Under the pieces are notes generated by a model. It worked only from the letters and a program-made list of their open reading frames with translations. It had not been told where the DNA came from and did no database searches. DNA of 62,608 bases, the filler included, from Choristocarpus tenellus KU-1152 (lineage: Eukaryota > Protista > Phaeophyceae): the NCBI GenBank assembly GCA_964200185.2. It is 9 parts of 9 records of this genome, joined end to end, with 100 filler letters (N's around TTAATTAATTAA, not from the genome) between each part and the next. Parts side by side here need not be neighbours in the genome. Positions count along the whole stretch, not along the records: positions 56,239 to 62,608 come from CAXNAD020008286.1; 8 more parts are not named here. One strand, 5' to 3'. The position numbers and the translations under genes were made by a program. Shown here piece by piece: positions 59,605 through 62,608 of this stretch; the first letter of the stretch is position 1, and the number at the start of each line of letters is the position of its first letter.

Positions 59605-62535
59605 TCCTCCCCTTGCTGAAAACAAGTATTAACTCTCAAACAATCACAAAAAACAAACAAATGTTGTGTCACATGTTCATCAAAATCTTTGTATGTTGTC
59701 TAAAAACTCGGACTGGCAAATTCTTGGTCAATACATCTGCCCTCTGATTTGCAGTAATAACAAAAACAATACGAATCTCTCCTTTTCTAGACAAATCCCT
59801 CAGAAAATGATGTCGGACATCAATATGCTTTGTTCTAGTAGAACTTGTGGCATTTCGTACTAGTTTGCATGCACCATCGTTATCCTCAAACAAGTCAATG
59901 CAACGCCTAGGAAACTGTTGCTGAATAAACTCAAAAATTACTTCTCAAGAAAAGTAATTCCTGTGTCTCACTACTAAGAGCTATGTATTCACTCTCTGTG
60001 GAAGACAGAGCTACAACTCTTTGTACCTTTGACATCCAAGATAGTGCTCCTCCTGCAAACATAATTGCTCCTCCAGTCACTGATCTACGATCATTTCAGT
60101 CTCCAGCATAACTAGCATCAGCATACACACTCAACTCACACTCAGTACTAAAACCACAAAACTCAATCCAACACTGGGATACGTATTCAAGTTTGCTAAA
60201 ATACATTTCACTGCACGCCAATGTGTGACTTTGGGATTTCTACTGTACTTGGCAACTTCACGAACTGCATTTGCAATGTCAAGCCTAGTCATAACAGATG
60301 CCCACATCAAACTACCAACTCTCTCGGTGTATTTTCATCAACACTTGGATGATTCTCACTCTTGTCTAGAGTCCTTGAGAGATCATGGGGTACCGACCTC
60401 TTCTTTGCACCATCCATACCAAATCTTTGACAAACAATCTTAATGTACCGAGTCTGACTGATGGTGACAGTCTGTGCAGTTCTGTCACGTGAAATCTCAC
60501 AACCCATATAATACTCAAGATCACCAAAGTCTTCTATGGAAAACTGCTCTTTGATCCTAGAGCGAACCCAAATCAAAATATCAATTTTACCAGCTACCAA
60601 TAGATCATCTACGTGGGGGGCGATCACAGCACAAAGAACGCCATCTCTTCTATAGCGTAACACACAAGGGTCTGCTTTGCATTGCTCAAAACCACACTTT
60701 TCCAAAACGTGCACCAACAGATTATTAAACTCTCTGCTTGCCTGTTTGGTGCCATAAAGTGCCTTGATCAAACGCACAATCTTTCCAGACCATATACCAC
60801 ATCCATCACATAAACGAACAAAAATCTCTTCACTAATATCTGCTTGTAGAAATGCCTGTTTCACATCCCAATGCTTCAATTCCCAATTCTTGTCTGCAGC
60901 TAAAGCTAAAACCATTCTCAAAGATGCAGGGGACGGTGTTGGTACAAAGGTATCTTGATAATCTAAACCCTTCATTTGTCAAAAACATTTTGCTACCAAA
61001 CGCGCCTTGTATCTAACTACCTCACCAAATTTGTTAGTCTTACGCTTGTGAATCCATTTAGTGTCTATAGCCCTGCGTCCAGGGGGTAATATGGCCTCCA
61101 CCCAAACATTATTCAGCAACAAACCAGACATCTCTTCTGTTCTAGTTCGATCCCATAAATCACATTCGGGAGAGCTACATGCTACTCTTACAGTCTTGGG
61201 TGTTCTGGAGGGGATTCATCCGCTAACAATCGAATAGAATCATCACCAGCACACATCACAAGGGTAGTCTATATGGAAACAGCCGAACATATTATAAAAA
61301 AAATAGAAATGTCAAAAACAGCAGCTTAGGTGGAAGTAGGATGATTGCCTGATCTGGTGTGGTGGGCAAGGATGTTGTCTTCACCATTGCCAATGCTGAG
61401 TCGTCGTAATTCCCTTTCACAATGGCTGTCCTTGGCCTCATCCACCCCATCAACATCTTCGTTGCTATCCACTTCCTTATCTCTACTAGCAGAATGTGAA
61501 GAGAGAAGATTGAAAGCTACTTTTGGGACATATGCAACAGACGTCGGAATTACATGCACCCATTCATCACGGCCAGCATTGAAATTAAAATCAATCTTGC
61601 CGTACCCCATAATGGGTAGTTATGTTCCAGCCACAGTCACATTGTGGTCTTGTGGATATGGGGCGAAGTCATACATGTACTGCGAGTCTCTCGTTACACT
61701 GTTGGAAGCACCCGAATCAAAACTCCACGTTTCGAAAGCATTCAATCTCACCTTCCCATTATCAGTCACAGCGACTAACATGGTCTTGAACTTCCTTCAT
61801 TCCCTAGCTGGTTCATCTGATTCAGCAAGTATCCCCGCCGACTCTAACGGATTCGCCCTCTGGCGATATGATCTTCCCACCGACTTTGGTGGTCCTGCCC
61901 TCCTCTGAGAGCCTGCCCTCCTCTGAGAGCAAACAGCTCGAACGGGTGGCCATTCTTCCCGCAGCTGTATCACGGTCCTCCAGATTTACTGGAACCGAAA
62001 TATCTAACCAATCCACACATATCACAAGTCTCTCAGGCCTTGGTAAGCCCCCTGGAACGGGATCCTGTCATCCCAGGGTCAATACGATGACCAGTCGTAC
62101 CCCGGCTGCCACCTCGGCCAGCCTTTTTCACGGTCCTCGCGGCCAGAGCACTCCCGGGCTCTCCGCGATCTCCTACCTCTCGTTGGAGTGAGAAATGGCG
62201 ACAACGAGCAGCTTGCTGTGACGTAGCTCTTGAACGCTGGCCTTGGTGATCTCATCTTCATCCACAGCTTCCTTCTAGATGAAATCTTTATCACCCACTC
62301 TGATGAGTTTCTTCTGACCCCGTGCGAGACCCAACAGAAGCCATGAGTGATGCAATACCTACTTCAAAAAAACAGTCCGGCTGCGCCTCCCCTGGCCAGA
62401 GTTTGTGTTAAGGCGCTTAAGCGTGTTGAAAAGCTTGGCGCACATAATGCTCGTCGCCGAAAGCTAGCAGCCGAATCACATGGCAAAGCATATACTGAAT
62501 CACTAATCATCTGTAGGGTATTGTCTACTTGATAC
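59322..62535 (-). mobile_element. Degenerate, internally deleted Ty1/copia LTR retrotransposon
   Basis: Zinc-knuckle remnant (YSCGKNGH), protease ETWSFDSGAS (~61700-61735), RT (DVKQAFL, KALYGTKQASR, HVDDLL; 60307-60975) and RNase H (EDN..RTKHIDVRHHF..ADVLTK; 59669-59893). The PPT AAGGGGAGGA abuts a TG...CA LTR at 59604-59322. A related LTR segment lies at 62424-62535. Confidence 0.92.
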
Positions 62536-62538
62536 TAT

Positions 62539-62608
62539 TTTTATTATTACGCCCTCTGACATTTTGCAGATGTGTCAGGGGGAAACCAATGAAAACTATA
62601 CACATATG
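62539..62608 (-). mobile_element. 3' tail and stem-loop of a CRE-type element interrupting the LTR copy
   Basis: TTATTATTACGCCCTCTGACATTTTGCAGATGTGTCAGGGGGAAACCAATGAAAAC matches 27375-27435. Confidence 0.75.

Noticed and set aside
61345-62191. Plus-strand Ser-rich ORFs
   Set aside because: Antisense shadow of copia gag/protease.

Overview
Intron-rich eukaryotic genomic DNA. Exon style, the ATR motifs and the TE types suggest a stramenopile, possibly a brown alga; this is inference only. The window is not one locus. It is nine contigs joined by eight artificial 100-bp spacers (N44-TTAATTAATTAA-N44), so adjacency across spacers means nothing. Spliced genes were reconstructed by hand with exon phases checked: a partial RRM RNA-binding protein (minus), the 3' kinase-FATC end of ATR (plus, 9 exons), a complete UAA-family UDP-galactose/nucleotide-sugar transporter (plus, 7 exons, 349 aa), the N-terminus of a CLASP-like TOG protein (plus), an Sfi1-repeat-like exon (minus), a large disordered protein (plus), the golgin CASP/COY1 (minus, 9 exons) and the last exon of a RING-HC protein (plus). 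The rest is decayed TEs (copia, tyrosine-recombinase retroelements, RTE and CRE-type LINEs, pogo, possibly Harbinger) and many MITEs. I found no convincing novel multi-gene system. The best leads are: several MITE families with different interiors sharing a GAGYCAAA-like terminus and variable 3-bp TSDs; a CRE-type LINE copy with twin-priming inversion geometry; two complementary RRM half-exons in reversed order; and a KEN-box disordered protein abutting a copia remnant.
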